DNA of 64,000 bases, from positions 1,922,001 to 1,986,000 of the forward strand of contig JAMWBK010000006.1 in the NCBI GenBank assembly GCA_029953675.1, written 5' to 3'. The position numbers and the translations under genes were made by a program. The notes under the pieces were generated by a model. It ran no database searches, was not told the origin of the DNA, and was given only the letters and a program-made list of their open reading frames with translations. The DNA comes from Rhodosorus marinus CCMP1338 (Eukaryota; Plantae; Rhodophyta). Positions 36,140 to 49,620 of this stretch are shown here, piece after piece. The first letter of the stretch is position 1, and the number at the start of each line of letters is the position of its first letter.

Positions 36140-39100
36140 ATGCCTAGCGAAGAAGTTGGGGAGCTACGCGGTCGAGCGTCGCTGAGTTTCGATCGGCTGA
36201 GGAAGGATGTGAGCGGAGCACTGTCCGCGAAGGGTTTGTACGCGGATGATCCGTTCCAAGCAGATGTGGTTAGAAATGTGCACTCGCACTTGCCATATTT
36301 GCAGAAGCCGTTTGCGTCTCTGTCGACGAATCTGATCGCACAGGCTCCTCCATCTGCGCTGGATAACGCAGGGAAGGAGGAGGTGACGCTCAGCGTAATC
36401 GGAGAGGATGGAGTCTACTCCGACGTAACTGTGAATCTGGCACCAGATTTCATCGCTGCGGCGAAGGCATTATCGGACGAACTCTGTCTTGACGCAATGG
36501 ATACGGCTGGTCTTCTGTATTCTGCTAGATCGAGGGCTTTGAAGAGACCAGACAAGGACGTTTCTGCTGCGTGCAGGGATCTTTTCAGATCGGAGAGAAA
36601 GGACCAGCTCTTAACGTTGCAGGAGCTTCTACGGACCCCGTTGGCAAGTGCAAACATGGAGGGCAAGCATCCAGTTTTAGTGGCTCTAGTCAGAGAGCGT
36701 GACGTCCTAGTGATATCGAACGTGATGAAGAATCTTATGGCGGCGATAATGGATGGATTACAAGCTGGATTCGAGAGATCAAAGAGCAACCCGAAAGGCC
36801 TACTCGAGGGTGAGCTAGTTCTTCTTGCAGAGTGCGTTTTTCTCTTTGCGTATACTGTGCAGTGCACTAGCGACGACGCACTATCAATAAGAGGAGCGGC
36901 AGATCTGGTCGCAGAGATGCTGTCGAAGATTTCTGCGGAAGATCCGGTGCAGCTGTCCAGGGCCTCTCATCCGCGGACTAGGAAACAAGAGCTCACAGTA
37001 GCCTCGCACTTGCTCTTCTTGTCCTGGTCCTGCGCGCTGGATCGATCTCGGTATAGCGACTTGTACAACCCAAGAACGAGCACAACAGGACTGAACGAGT
37101 TGCTCAGAGACCGCGATTTCCTGGAGAAATCGAAGACAGAACAATCTCCTGCGCTAGCAGCTCACGAGTTAGTGGGCTGCCTTTTCCGACTTGCGTCGGA
37201 AGTTCCGAATGAGGAGGAAAATGCAGTCTCGATTCCTTTGCGCGTTTGCATGGGAGGTCGTAAGGCCCTTAAGTACCTCTCCGAGGACCTCCCTGACTGG
37301 CTCTTCAGCGGGAGCGCGGTTCTGTCATCGGATTGCGATCTCTATGCAGATGCTTATGAGGATTTCACAATCGACGTTGCAGAAGCACCGACACTGTGTT
37401 CGGTTCTGATCGACTTCACACAGGAGTCAACCAGTGCTGCAGCGTCGTACACACTTTCTGGTGGTCAAGGAGGCAGCGCGATGGAAACATCAATACCGGA
37501 AGGAAGCAATCTCGTAGCAGCGTTGGCCAAGTGCTTCAAGGCTGCGGTGTCATTGACAAAAGTGAAGTTGAGCAGTACAAGGTCTGTTTATGGGGGACTT
37601 CGTTATTTATCTGGGGCGCACGGTAGTGGGGGGGTTATGCAACGCATTGGAGATGCGATTATTGATCTCGGTGATACGTCCATGAGAGATCCCGACGCTC
37701 CAGGTGGAGTTGGAAAGGTTTTCACGGAGGCGTTGGTAGAATTCTTGAACTTTTTGGAATCGTGCAGTTGCGTTTCTGTTCCTTATGCAGCCACGGTTGC
37801 TAGGTACCTCGCAGAGGCGGGCCACCCAATGGCCTCTATGGACAGGCTCCACGCCGCTGTAAGCTACTACACTCAAGCCCTTCGCGAGACAGAGAATGCA
37901 GAGCTCAACCCAGCGGAGAGCAAAATATTAGGTGGACTTATTGCTGTTGTCGGGAGCTGTTCAGCAACGCTATACAAGCATGGAGACTTTCTCAGCCTCG
38001 TAGGCCAGGACTTTCCTATTCGGCTGGCGAATCTCGCGGTACTAGAAACGACTTCTGAATTGAAGAGTGAGGCCGTACTAGCGCTCGAGAAACTACATGA
38101 CGCGCCTGGGATTCTGGCCTTTCTAGAAAGTGCTACAATGGACCGGTGCTCTGGCCTCGCGAAGGAACTGAATGCTGTTGAGTCGGCAAATGGAAAATAT
38201 TCGGTATCTTTGGCAACAATGGAGCTCACTCTCTCAGTACTGGAGGATATGGATGCTTTCTCCGAAGTTTTCTCTGGACGAATGTCGGTAGCAACGGAGC
38301 TTCCTTCCGAGGTTGATGCGATGGTTCAGCACATCATTGACAATGTGCTTTCTCATTGGGGTCGGAGGCAGTACAGGACTGAGTCCGAGCGGTGGAGGGT
38401 TGCGCGAGCTGCAGTAGATGTCCTCTTTGCAGCACGGAAATCGAACAGAATGATTGGAAAGCTCCTGGCCACAGCGCCCGGAAGCGGAGGGCCTTGCTCA
38501 GCTCTGAAGGCGGTAGCAGCGATCGCTGGTATTCGTGAGAATCCTGAACTGGAAGGATTTCCATCGGGGGCGGAGGCTCTTGCCAAAGCGGCAGCCAACG
38601 GTGACGGGCAATGCGAACGGCTGATGGAAAAGGCGTCTTCTCGCGCGTGTGTGCTTCTGCATCAGTTGCTGGATATTCCCTCGGCGGAACTTCGGAGGTA
38701 CATTTAGACTTCTGAAGACCTGAGCAGTGCCATCCACACTCAAGCTGGGCTGAGCCACCCTTCTTTTTCTTTTTATGCAGGGCTTCTGTTTCGGCTGCAG
38801 GTGCCGGTGAACTTCTCTTATCTGAAAGCAAGTCAGTTGTGGATGCGGCGTCCCTGATGGGCTCAGGGGCAGCAGTGAGCGCGCCAGCAGCTGCATATAT
38901 TGCGAGGACTATCGCCGCTGCGCCTGCACTGTCGAGTCGAATCACATCGAGCCCCATTGCCCGTGACCTCAGGTCGTCACTGGCAACATCCATGGAAACC
39001 GAAGAGGAAGAAGAAGTTGGCGAAGAGGATGAGGGACCTTACACGAAGACTCCTCTGTTTAACTCCATTCTGAAGCTGGTGGTAGCTTGCCTGTCCAACC

Positions 39101-41918
39101 CGAAATCGATAGATTCCGGTTTTTTCCTACTGGGGGTGAACCGGAATTCCAACGGTAGGTTCCAGTAGCTTTTGATCCTCTCCCAGCGGCGAAATTGTTT
39201 GTCTAAACTTCTTGATTGCACTGGTCAACAGAAGTCGTAGGTGAATATGGGATACTTGAGGGCATATGTGAGAGAATCCGGAGCGCCACGAGACTAGACG
39301 ATGAGCGGGTTGCGACCGCCGCCTCGTTTCTGGCCTACCTCGCAGGAAATTCGGCCGCCAAGACCTCGTTCGTGACTCTTGAATACCTTCGGAATAGTGA
39401 CTTGGGGAGCTGCGCCTCGCAAGCTCTCACTAGGATATACGTGGAAGTTCAAGTGGAAAGGGTCGAAAGGATGAGATTCAGCGAGCTGACTAGATGTTTA
39501 TCTGCGTGCATGCGTGTTACCGCGTTGGAGTCGCACAAGTTCGCTGCAGGAAGCCTGCAGCAGGATGACGTTCCCGACGGTGGATCGCTGCTGCTCGGAT
39601 TGTTGCGGATAATCGCTCGTTTTGCGAGGGAAGAAAACTTGCAAAACTTGACTGTGTCAACGTTTTCTTCGTGGAGACAACTGTTTTGGACGTGTGCGCC
39701 ACGATTTCAGAGTAAGTCCTTGCTCGTCACTAGTCTTGTCCGGAGAAGTAGCATTTAAACTCTTAATTTCCTTACTAACTGTATAGAGGAGGGAAGGTTG
39801 AACACGCTAACGCTCTACGAGATTGCAGCCGAGGTGCTTGAAGGGCTAGGCGGAAGCTCTGACACGGATATGGAAAGGCTCGTGTCTGCAGATGGGTGTG
39901 AAATTGCGGCATCAACGGCGCTGCTCTCTGTATCTCTTCTACGGGAGCCTCCGCCTGACTCCGAGAGTGTGGACCTGACTCAAGCAGCATCCGTCCTGGA
40001 GAAAGTCGTCCATGCGATCGCGGGAAAGCTTGGTCCGAGAGCAGATGGTGCAAGTGCTAGGACCGCGCTATACGCTGTTTTGGTACACACGGAGCAACTG
40101 ATTGAGAAGATTGGTGGGATGGATGTGATTAGCAACGTTGCGGGGTTGCATCCTTCGGAGTCCAATCGGTCGTCGAGGGAAGTAATCGACACCATCTATG
40201 CCCGAGCCCTCGGCGACGCCCGTATTGGTAGGCGGCAATGGTCGGGCGCTGAAGGCGTGATAGCTGTGGCAAGCGGGGATGCGCTCTCTGGATCTGCTGC
40301 AGCCAGGTCGGCTGCAGTCAATGCGATCGCTTGTATATTGAGGATGGACTGTCACGGCGCAAAGGCCGCTGGCGGGGCGATGAGTTCGTTGAACGCATTG
40401 TCGGCCCAGAACCGCTTAAGAAAGCTTTCTAGTCTTGCTCTTGCAGATTCTGATACGGTTATTCGAATCGGGCAGCTTTTCTCTCAGAGTTCGGCCCTCC
40501 GAGCCAACGAGAATTCAGAGAAAGCCGCCGCCCTCTTCGTTGCGGAGAGTGTGCTCGTCCTGCTTCATCAGGTAGCGAATGTCCCAGGCGGTTCAAGAAC
40601 ACTGATCGATGCCGGGGTTGTTGAGAATGCGGCATTGCTTGGAAGTGCTCTTTCATCCGCCTCCAATTTTGGAGAGGTTGGAGTCTCAAGATCGAGGTTT
40701 GAGTTTGAGGTAGAGCCGTCTGGGTATGTGGAAGAGCATCTAGATGACTTTCAGAACATTTCCGAGACCAGAGCTTCTTTGGCGGGCTCAATTGCCGGTC
40801 TGGCAGCCGCTTCGCTGCGGCGTAGTGGTGGAAGCTCGCGACCGGATTCCGGCCTGGCCTCGCCGGCGATCGGCGTAGTGGAATCAGGACAGGTAGTGTT
40901 TGCAGAGCTCATTCGCGATCTCCGGGATGCCTCGTGTGGTCAGCTCGCCGCGGCATCCTCAGTTGGCTTGCTGTTATCACGACTCCCTCGAGAACTGGCA
41001 GACATCGGCGGAGCGAGCATGCTCGTGCATTTGAGTTCCCGCTTCCTGTGGTCTCTCTTCAGGTCGAAGCGGGAGCGAGTATGGTCGGGCGGGACTCCCA
41101 AAACGACGCTTGAGGCGAGAAGAGCTCAGATCAACCACCCAGAAGGCGGAACACTGTTCGAGAGAGATCTGGGACTTGCGAGGATGACTTGTGCGCGTGT
41201 GATGCTTTCCGCGATACAGGGATCATCAATGCTATTGACCTTTTTCAATGCGAACGTTGCAAGTTCTCGGGAGGCTCATGTAGCAACTAACAAGGCGTCT
41301 CTCTGGGACGTTGTAGAGGTGACGAGAATAGTAGTCCTCGAAATGCAGAGATCTGCCGAGGAAGAAATGAGAATTACTGCTAACCTACCGGTATGCCAAT
41401 CGTTCAACGTGTTTTTTGAGTATTTCATCAGAAAAAAAAGTTCTCAAAGAACTTTTTTTTTCTTGGTTTTCGCCTGCGGCGTGTTGCTCGCTCGCTTCCT
41501 CAATGCTGTTGTGTTATCTGTTTGGTTCTAGGGCGTTGCAAGGAGATCACCCTCGCTGAAGGCTTTTTGTGTTGAGGAGTTTGGACTGAAGGGATCAAGC
41601 CTGGATGCCAAAGTTCTCGAGACGTGTATGCTGAAGGTCGCTGAGCAGAGTCGATTGTACGCGGATAGACTTTGCGGTACCGTTATCGAAAGCTTGATGT
41701 ATATTCTTCGTGAGTACAGTCGCGCGGCTCGGGAACTCCAGAGTGGGAATGGCAAAAAGACTAACCTATCGGAGGCGGATGCAGACGCGATCCTGGTTGA
41801 GGGCAGAACAAACCTCCTCTCGCTCTGTCGAGATATTGACTCAATAGACACGAAGAGGGATGTCTCGTTCATGAGACAACTCAGCAGACAGATTCGTACG
41901 TACATCACCGAGAAGTAG
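36140..41918 (+). CDS. NUP205: Nuclear pore scaffold nucleoporin Nup205/Nup192, multi-exon
   Basis: ALSDELCLDAMDTAGLL; ELNAVESANGKYSVS; HWGRRQYRTESERWRVARA resemble Nup205 blocks. About 1750 aa of helical solenoid; C-terminal FMRQLSRQIR. Confidence 0.8.
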
Positions 41919-43357
41919 CAACCTGCTGAGTAATTCGCTGCCTTGGAGTGGGGAGCTCGCCCATATTATGTACAGGACCAGTTTTGAGAAAATAGATGAG
42001 AACTCTAAGAAAGCCTGTTTCATCAGAGCACCGAATCATCGTATTGAGGGTGCCAGATGCAGATCTAGAGCATTCCAGTTCGCCACACAAGCATCACGAT
42101 TCGTTGCGGCACCGAAGACACAGAATGTGCAATGTTCAAGCCTTGGAACCCAATAACTAGTTGAAGATCACCAGCCCAAGCCACATGACCACCACTGACG
42201 TCAAGACCATTGAACAAGAACGTTGTATAGCTCCGAGACCATGATCACTGGCCCTTTGGCAGCGAAGTTCATCGCGCACGAGGCAGATTCCTATGTCCGT
42301 TGACCTCACAAGTTCTTCGAAGCGACTTGGGTTTCGAGCGTGGCGCCCGTTTGTTTGCTTGTATGTCATAGGAATAAGGCGCACGGCGCCGTCCCCGCTC
42401 CTCCTTAGTGTCTCCCAGCAGCTGTTTCACAGTCGGAGGTCTCAATAAGAAAAAACCTCGATCTGCAAAAGGTTGCGTGAAGAACCGTGGTTGACTGCTA
42501 TCAGAGAAAAAAGTAACCAGAAGCGCTTTCTTTCCACCGGTACTTAACCGCATCCGGAACAACAAGTTCTTGAATTCACTCCTAGTCCCACCTGAATTCA
42601 GGAGTACGAGTGCCTTGGAACCCTATGATGTTCGTAGTTCAAAGCGTTGTAGGGGAGAGCGATACTTTCTGCCTCAGCTGGTCGAGCTTATCCAAAGCAG
42701 CAGCACTGTGCAGTCTACTTCACCAACTCCATCCCTTTTCCATCCAGTAGTCCATATCATAAAACTACGGACAGCAACAGCGCACGAAGAAACCGGGTCT
42801 AATCCTCAATATTCATGAAAAGAAATCCTTTTAAAACCAGTTCAATTCAATTGATTCTTTATTGATGCTCAGTATGACCACATTGTAATCGTGGAATTTT
42901 GGGGTTTCTATCAATCTAATTTCTTTCGTTTTTGACAGGCAAAACGATAATCTCCCATAGAAACTTGTTTCTCAGGTTTTTTCCGGTTTGTTCGCACCTT
43001 TGCCGTCTTCTTCGAGAGGTATGTGATGATATATATTTAAAGCAACGGCTGACGGTCAGGTGGAGCTTTGTTTTGTGGAGATGTTAAAGTGGACTTTCTG
43101 CTGTGCTTGTTGTTGTGAAGTAGTGATTATGTTTGTAGGCGGAGGAGGGAGTAGTATTGTTTTGTTAATTTCAATGAGTGGTTTTTGAGTGGCTACGAGT
43201 TTTGCTGATTGGTTGGTGTTTTTTGATGCACGCCTGAAGTTTTGGATTAGTTTGCTTCTGCTGGGGTTTTTTTGTTTGTGGTGGGTGTTGGGAGTGGAGT
43301 GGAGAAGGTGAGCCGTGTTCTGAGAGGGGAAGGGGTTCTGGGTGAGAGGGTAAAAAA

Positions 43358-44108
43358 ATGGACGGAAGAGAGGATCGTGAAGGTGGAAAGTTCAGCTGGA
43401 ACTCGATTTCCAAGTGGGGAAATATTTCTGTGGGCGCCGCGAGTTTTGTGGCGGGAATTTTCGCTTTCATATGGCAGTTTCTAGATTTCGGCGCTGAGTT
43501 CACGCCACTGACCTTCCTTGTATATATCTATATAGCGTAAGTCAAAGGCTCGATCATGGCTGCGCACTTGATCGTTTTCGTTCATTCTTCCTGAGCGGTC
43601 GTTCCTCTGCTTCTACTTTGCTTGCGGCTCGTTTCTTAACGCAGCGCTTTCGGGGCATTCCTTGTGATGGCTGAGTTGAACCGACCAAAGTGTTTCATGG
43701 TTGCGTGTGATTTCGTTCGGGGTCGTGTGTTCCGTGGTATATTTGTTGGAATGTAAGCAGTCAGTAGCAAAACCTGTTTTCAGGTGTATCGATGCTGAAG
43801 TTCCTCCACACTGCTATTTTGTGTTCGTATATCACAGACTGGCGACACTGACCCTAACCGCCGGTTTTACCGGTAACCTAAGCTCGGCTTCGAACATCAT
43901 CCTGCTGGTGGTTGGGTTCACAACTCTTGCGTTCTCGTTCACGACGTGCATCGTTGGAACCTACATTGCTTATGATGACGAGCCTATTGTTCTGCCAACA
44001 AGAGGCTCTAGCAGAGCACAAAAGCAAAGTAGCACGGCAGGCGTCGGGGCCATGGACGGAGGCGCCGCGCGCACAACCTCATCTCAGAACTTCGTCTCGC
44101 AAATATAA
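43358..44108 (+). CDS. TVP15/COPI-associated-type Golgi multi-pass membrane protein, 3 exons
   Basis: Three to four hydrophobic segments; ...FLVYIYI|AFGAFLVMAEL..P.CF...DFVRGRVFRGIFVG|ILATLTL pattern; GTAAGT/GTAAGC donors. Confidence 0.6.
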
Positions 44109-44577
44109 TCCGAACGATTACTTTCTCTATCTCGTGTTTGATGAGTTTTGTCCAGCCTCTGATGTGGTTCTTTCGGCTTGGAACTTCTGCACCTAGCGCT
44201 CATAGGCCGTCCCAGAATCGGTGGGGAAAAGCGAATGTCCGTGAGACTAAAACGCGCATTTAATTATCTCCTAAAATGGGCTAGTTAGCACAGGGTGGCT
44301 GTTCAATGGCCACCCACGAGAGTTATGAGTCCGTTTCCATGTGTTTGTCCTCTTCCTATCGTCGGAATTGGAAAAAATCCTGTACGAGGAGCAAGTTGAG
44401 TCTGGAATAAAAATGGCTCAACCCCTTGTCCGGTTCCGCACCTGCACATCAAACAATCAGCTTTATCAATTTCTCAGAGCCTGGAAGTCCCTATTATTCT
44501 CACTGCAACGCGAAAAGGATCGAGATGGATTAGAGATAGGTCATTGGCGTGAGGAAAATCGACAGAAGGGGGGGGTG

Positions 44578-44939
44578 TCAACTCACTTCCTGCTTTTCAA
44601 TAAGAGTTTTGGAGACGATGTTCATGCTCTCGACATATCGATCCACACATTTGGCAATGCAATTCTGCTCAGCACCGGTTAAACTCCCAGACGGCCTCGT
44701 CACACACTTCTGAAAACACTTCCTAGTGAGCGTTTGTATCAACTCCGACACCGTTCGGTTAAGCATCTCCGCCTGAACAGCTTCTTCCAGCTGGCCGATT
44801 TTTTTTTTCAACAAGACAAAACAGGATCCAATTCAGATCGTCCATCAAAATAAGGAGCGAAACCCATGAAAGCAAGTTCGAAAGATCTTTACATTACCTC
44901 CTGACGCTCCGTGCCAGACATCGACCTCACGCTCTCCAT
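44578..44939 (-). CDS. TIM13: Small Tim chaperone (twin CX3C), Tim13-like, 2 exons
   Basis: ELIQTLTRKCFQKCVTRPSGSLTGAEQNCIAKCVDRYVESMNIVS. Confidence 0.85.
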
Positions 44940-45900
44940 AGCTTGTCCCAGCCAAAAAGTTTCTTCCAAATAAATCGCACTCTGACAATTAGTCCTAGAA
45001 AAGGTTTGCAGAAGAGACTGTACCTTGTTGATCCTCTATCATACGCTTGCTTCCTCTGCTCCGTACTCGTCTTGTTCATCTATCCTTCCCTTCATCATTC
45101 CATGTCATCGACAAGCCCCACTGCCAAAGGATCGTCATCGATTTCTGTTAACCAACCGTGCCAACCCCTAGTACAAAAACACTTCGAAACCCGAAGAGCA
45201 GAATAATAAACTAATTATTGAATATACAAAAAACAGTTTTTGAATTCCTCCCTACCCTCTACGTGGCATAAACAAAAGATTTCTCGCCGTTGTCCTATTA
45301 ATGGATCGTATTTACGATAAGGAGAAAGATCTGCGAGTGGGAAAATTCGAATTATTTATACTCAAATTTCGTGTATGAACACTGTTTGAATCTCTTGAGA
45401 AAATCCAGTTCTTGCGTGAACATGATTGGCTATTTTGGTGAATGATTCAGGTTGAATTTTGACAGGTCGTCTGGATTATTTGAAATTTATAATAAAATAG
45501 ATCAGTAAAAATGTGTGAGTCAAAAATTGTGCATCCAATCAATACTGATAACATAGATGAAAAGTAAACAATTTCAGTGAAGAACGAAAAAAGAACTTAG
45601 ATATAATTTTCACGTTTCGTTCTTAAAATAATTGTTTTTGATGAGATCTGGTTGTTGTAAAACCAAACTTTTTAGATTGGCCCGCAAGTCGCTGACTGGA
45701 AGCTATGATTTAGTCATTGGAGAAGGCGCTCGCATGCATGGGAGTGTCGTTGTTGAGGGGGGAGGTCGAGAGAAGAAGATTGATCAGCGGATTGTCCCTT
45801 GGGACTCCTTAAAACAGGGGATTATATAGCCAACGACTCATTTTGAACCAACACCGATCATCGCCAAGTGGTTGTTCATCTTGTCGGGACCGGTGTCCAA

Positions 45901-47178
45901 ATGAGAGAGCCGTGGGCGCTGGCGGACATGCCCAATCCGTTTTCGTCAGCGGCTGGTACATGCGGATTCGCCTTGGCATCTAAGGGTAGCCGATCTTCTC
46001 GTTGTGATGTTGCAAAATGTTGCCTTCGAGTAGCCGTCGTTGGCGGTGGGCTCGCTGGGTTGTCCGTTGCTGATAGGCTCTGTAAATTGGGCGTAGAAGA
46101 ACTCGTGCTGTTTGATCCGAATCCTATAGGAGAGGGCAATGCCTCGGCAGTAGCTGCTGGTCTGCTGCACAAGTTCACCCCCCGTGGTAAGAAGGCCTTC
46201 ATGGCGGACGAGGCGTTCCAAAGAAGCCAGGAGTTGATCTCAGAATCCGCTCCGAATTCGATCATCTACCATGGAGCTCTGTTCCGAGCAGCAGTCACCG
46301 AGAAGCAGGAGAAGGATTATATCAAGGCTTCACAGTTAACCCCGGATTCTGAACTGATCCTTTTGCGAGGGGATGAGGTCCAGTGTTCAGTACCCCAGAG
46401 CCCGGCAAGGATGGGTCTGCTCATTCGAAACGCGTTCGTCATCGACACAAAGTAAGTCCAAGAGCCGCCGTGCTCGATGCTGCCACCAGGCTCCGCTGAG
46501 ATTACGTCATTGACATTCATCTGCAAATCATGCTACGCAAAACCAAATTTGGATAGGACGTACATGAAGGAGCTGTGGAACAAGTGTGTTATCACTGGAG
46601 CGGCTTCGCACAGGTTAGAGAGAATCAAGAGGCCTGCGAACTTGTTTGATAGTGGCTTCGACTCAGTAGTAATTGCCGCCGGGTATCAGAGCGACGATCT
46701 CGTTCCTCAGCACATGAACATGCAACGGAAACAGGGGAGAAATGTGATCTTCAGAAAGCGTTGTTCTGGAAGCGTCTTCAATATCCCCATGGTCTCTGGA
46801 AAGTATCTGGTCCCGCAACGAGACAATGACCTACTCGCAGGAGCTACAGTTGAAGCAGTCGACCCAGAAGTGAAGAAGCGATCGATTGCCGAGACGCTAG
46901 AGGCGCTCGGAACTCGTATATTCGAACTCTACCCTGACCTGGAAGAGCATTATGAACCAGCATCTGTAACTTCAGGCGTCCGCGGGATCCCAATAAGGCC
47001 TCCCGGTAGAGCGCCTCTGCCGTACCTATCGAATCCCTCACCACACCTGTGGCTAGTCGCTGGACTGGCTTCGAGGGGAATCCTCCATCATGCACTGCTA
47101 GCGGACCTGCTGACCAACGCCTTGGTATCAAACGACCCCAACCTTTTGCCTAAGGAACTGCAGAGCGGCGTTGACTGA
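45901..47178 (+). CDS. FAD-dependent oxidoreductase (DAO/glycine oxidase-like family), possible organellar transit peptide, 2 exons
   Basis: VAVVGGGLAGL Rossmann motif; ASAVAAGLLH; GKYLVP; LAGATVE; GVRG; LWLVAGLASRGILHHALLA; intron starts GTAAGT at about 46452. Start could be 45901 or 45928. Confidence 0.85.
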
Positions 47179-48183
47179 GTTAAGGATATGTGAAAAGATT
47201 TTCTCCAAAACAGCCCGCAGACGTCGTTCTCCTATTGGTCTTAATGAGTGTTGGACTCCCGCAAGATCTGACCTGGTTTTGAAGTTTCCGTTGGGACGCA
47301 TCTTCTCTTTATCGGTCCATCCCGAATGCTAATACGTCGCGCACGGAGCTCGGGCCATGGTCGCAAGCAAGTCGATCCAGGGCCGTGAGCAGGGCACGTA
47401 ATGCTACCGGATGATGTGACTCCACTGGATCTTAAACGCTGCCCCAAAGCCGTAATTGTTACTCAGAAACTCATACTATTACGTGGGTCTGAAGTTTTCG
47501 CTCTTCCGATCAACGCCCGAAATTCTTGGCAAGCAGACTTTCAAAGTCGGTTGACTATGAAATCGTTGCACGGATGCCTGCGGGCAAAGTCGATGTAAAA
47601 ATTCTCCGTTAGGCTAACTAAGAGGCTGTGTTACCAAACAGCCTCACTTTTGCTTCAATCTTCTCCAAAATATGGATCTAAAGGAACGGACAACCCGAGC
47701 AAGGAAGGCTTTTGCGTGTCAGTAGCGTTAAGTCTCTTTTCGTCTTGCCCGCTCTCTGAGGTAGACTCGAGAGCAGGAAGTCGTTAGTCGACCTGATAAC
47801 CATCGCTCACCTTCAGCAAAGGTTCATTGCTTATCCTAGTTTACATTCCGAGCGAAAAAGCTTTCCAAATTTCTCACCGTTCTCGACCGTTCCGGCTGGA
47901 AAATGGTCAGTAGCCGCCTGACCCGCCAGTCAGGTTGGAGATGCCAAGGACCTGTAGAGTCTAGAGCTGCGTTTTTGCTAGATCGGAGCCAGTACGCAGC
48001 ACTTCTACTGCATTCTCTACTGAGCCGTTTGAGTTTGCTGTTTTCATGTGCGTAAAGAACAAGTCGTGTTGTCCTACTCATAGTCTCGTGAGGCTTGACG
48101 TTGGAGTAGATGGTATGCGGTGTCAAGACCTTAAATGATTAGAACTCCAGGAAGTGCGTTCTTCTCGAGCTTTTTGGAGAGAC

Positions 48184-48866
48184 ATGTCATCACTGCGAGC
48201 CTTGTGCAATCGATCTAGGATCGTTCCTTGGAGCGTGAAGCGGAGATGGCTTTCTGAGATTGCTGGAGACGAGGACTACTTTACCTTGCTGGGTGCGAGG
48301 TATGGTTTTTCTGTGGATGAAGATCAGCTTTATCAAGAGCACAAAAAGCTCATGAAGTCATGGCATCCTGATCGATTCGCAGACGATGCCAAGGCTCAGG
48401 AAAGGGCTTTGAGCATGGCATCGATGATCAACTCGGCTTATAGCACATTGTGCAAGCCGCATCTGCGGGCGAGGTAGGATTCCCTTTCATCTGTCCCTGC
48501 TAGGATCCTGAGCGACCTGCTTCCAATGGAGCTGAAACTGACAGAGATTTCTCCAGGTACATCCTCGAGGTTGAGGGAATCCCATTGAAAGAGGACGAGG
48601 ACGCCCCGGTGGATGATATGGAGTTTTTAGGATTCGTTATGAGCGTAAGAGAGGCGCTCGAAAACGAGCCGAAGGAACGCGACTTGGAGGACCTGAAATC
48701 ACAGATCAACGAGCTTAGCAATGAAAGCGTCCAGCAGGCTGAAGCCGCACTTTCACAGATCAAAAGTGACCCGGAAATGAAAGAAGTCGTCAGAAAACAG
48801 GCTTCAAAACTTCAGTACTTGCACAGAATATCGGAGGAGATCCACAAGCTGACCCAGGTTACGTAA
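48184..48866 (+). CDS. HSCB: Fe-S cluster co-chaperone HscB/Jac1, mitochondrial, 2 exons
   Basis: DYFTLLG; WHPDRF; INSAYSTLCKPHLRAR|YILE; DMEFLGFVMSVREALE; KLQYLHRI. Confidence 0.93.
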
Positions 48867-49620
48867 GCTGCTCAGACAGGTACGAGCTGCGAGGACAGGT
48901 TGGCAAGGCCAAAGATATTCCCGGAGAATCATAAACTCGGATGATCAGGGTAACTGATGGGAAGGATATCCCCGTCCATATGTAAAAGCTTCTTCGAAGA
49001 ACAGCTGGTGCTTTGTCCTCTTGTTGAGGCTATTTTGCTTCTCCAGGATTGGTTTAGATCTTGGCCTCTCCCCTCTTAGAATGTTCTCATTGAATTGGTT
49101 TATGTAGCGCGACTCTAGAACGGTATGACCGTGGCCGGAATGCAAAGAACTAGGTAGAGTCAGGTTCCGGAATAGCGCACAGCAAGGCCTTGCTCACGCA
49201 TCTGGATGCATAGCAAACTGAAAGGCACAACGAAAGGATTACTTAAGGCGGTTTCTCAGAGGGATAATTCCGTGATGACTTGCATCTTCAATGCCTTTCG
49301 AATACAGTGGATCAACCTTTTCATCGCCAGCAGACCGACCCTTGGGCTTATTCAGATCTCCAGGTTTTTCCGGAGTCGACCCTCTTCGATGGCTGATCCC
49401 ATTGTGGATTCGTAAGCACAACTCGAGGACGGGCGCGAACCGCTGGAGGTCTACTACATCTGTCCGAATGTTTGGACAGATCTCAGTTCCCCTCCGGCCT
49501 ACGTATAAAGGTCCTCAGCTCAGACTGGTTCTTGGGCCCTTGCGACCAAGTTGCCTCCAGCTCGATTCGATGAGACTTGCGAAAGCTCCTTTCTTCTGAA
49601 CTTTCAAGGGAGAGTTGTCG

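Noticed and set aside
47521-47580. In-frame TGA in a protein-like minus frame (possible selenocysteine)
   Set aside because: No CxxU or other selenoprotein motif, no identifiable SECIS, and the gene model is unresolved.
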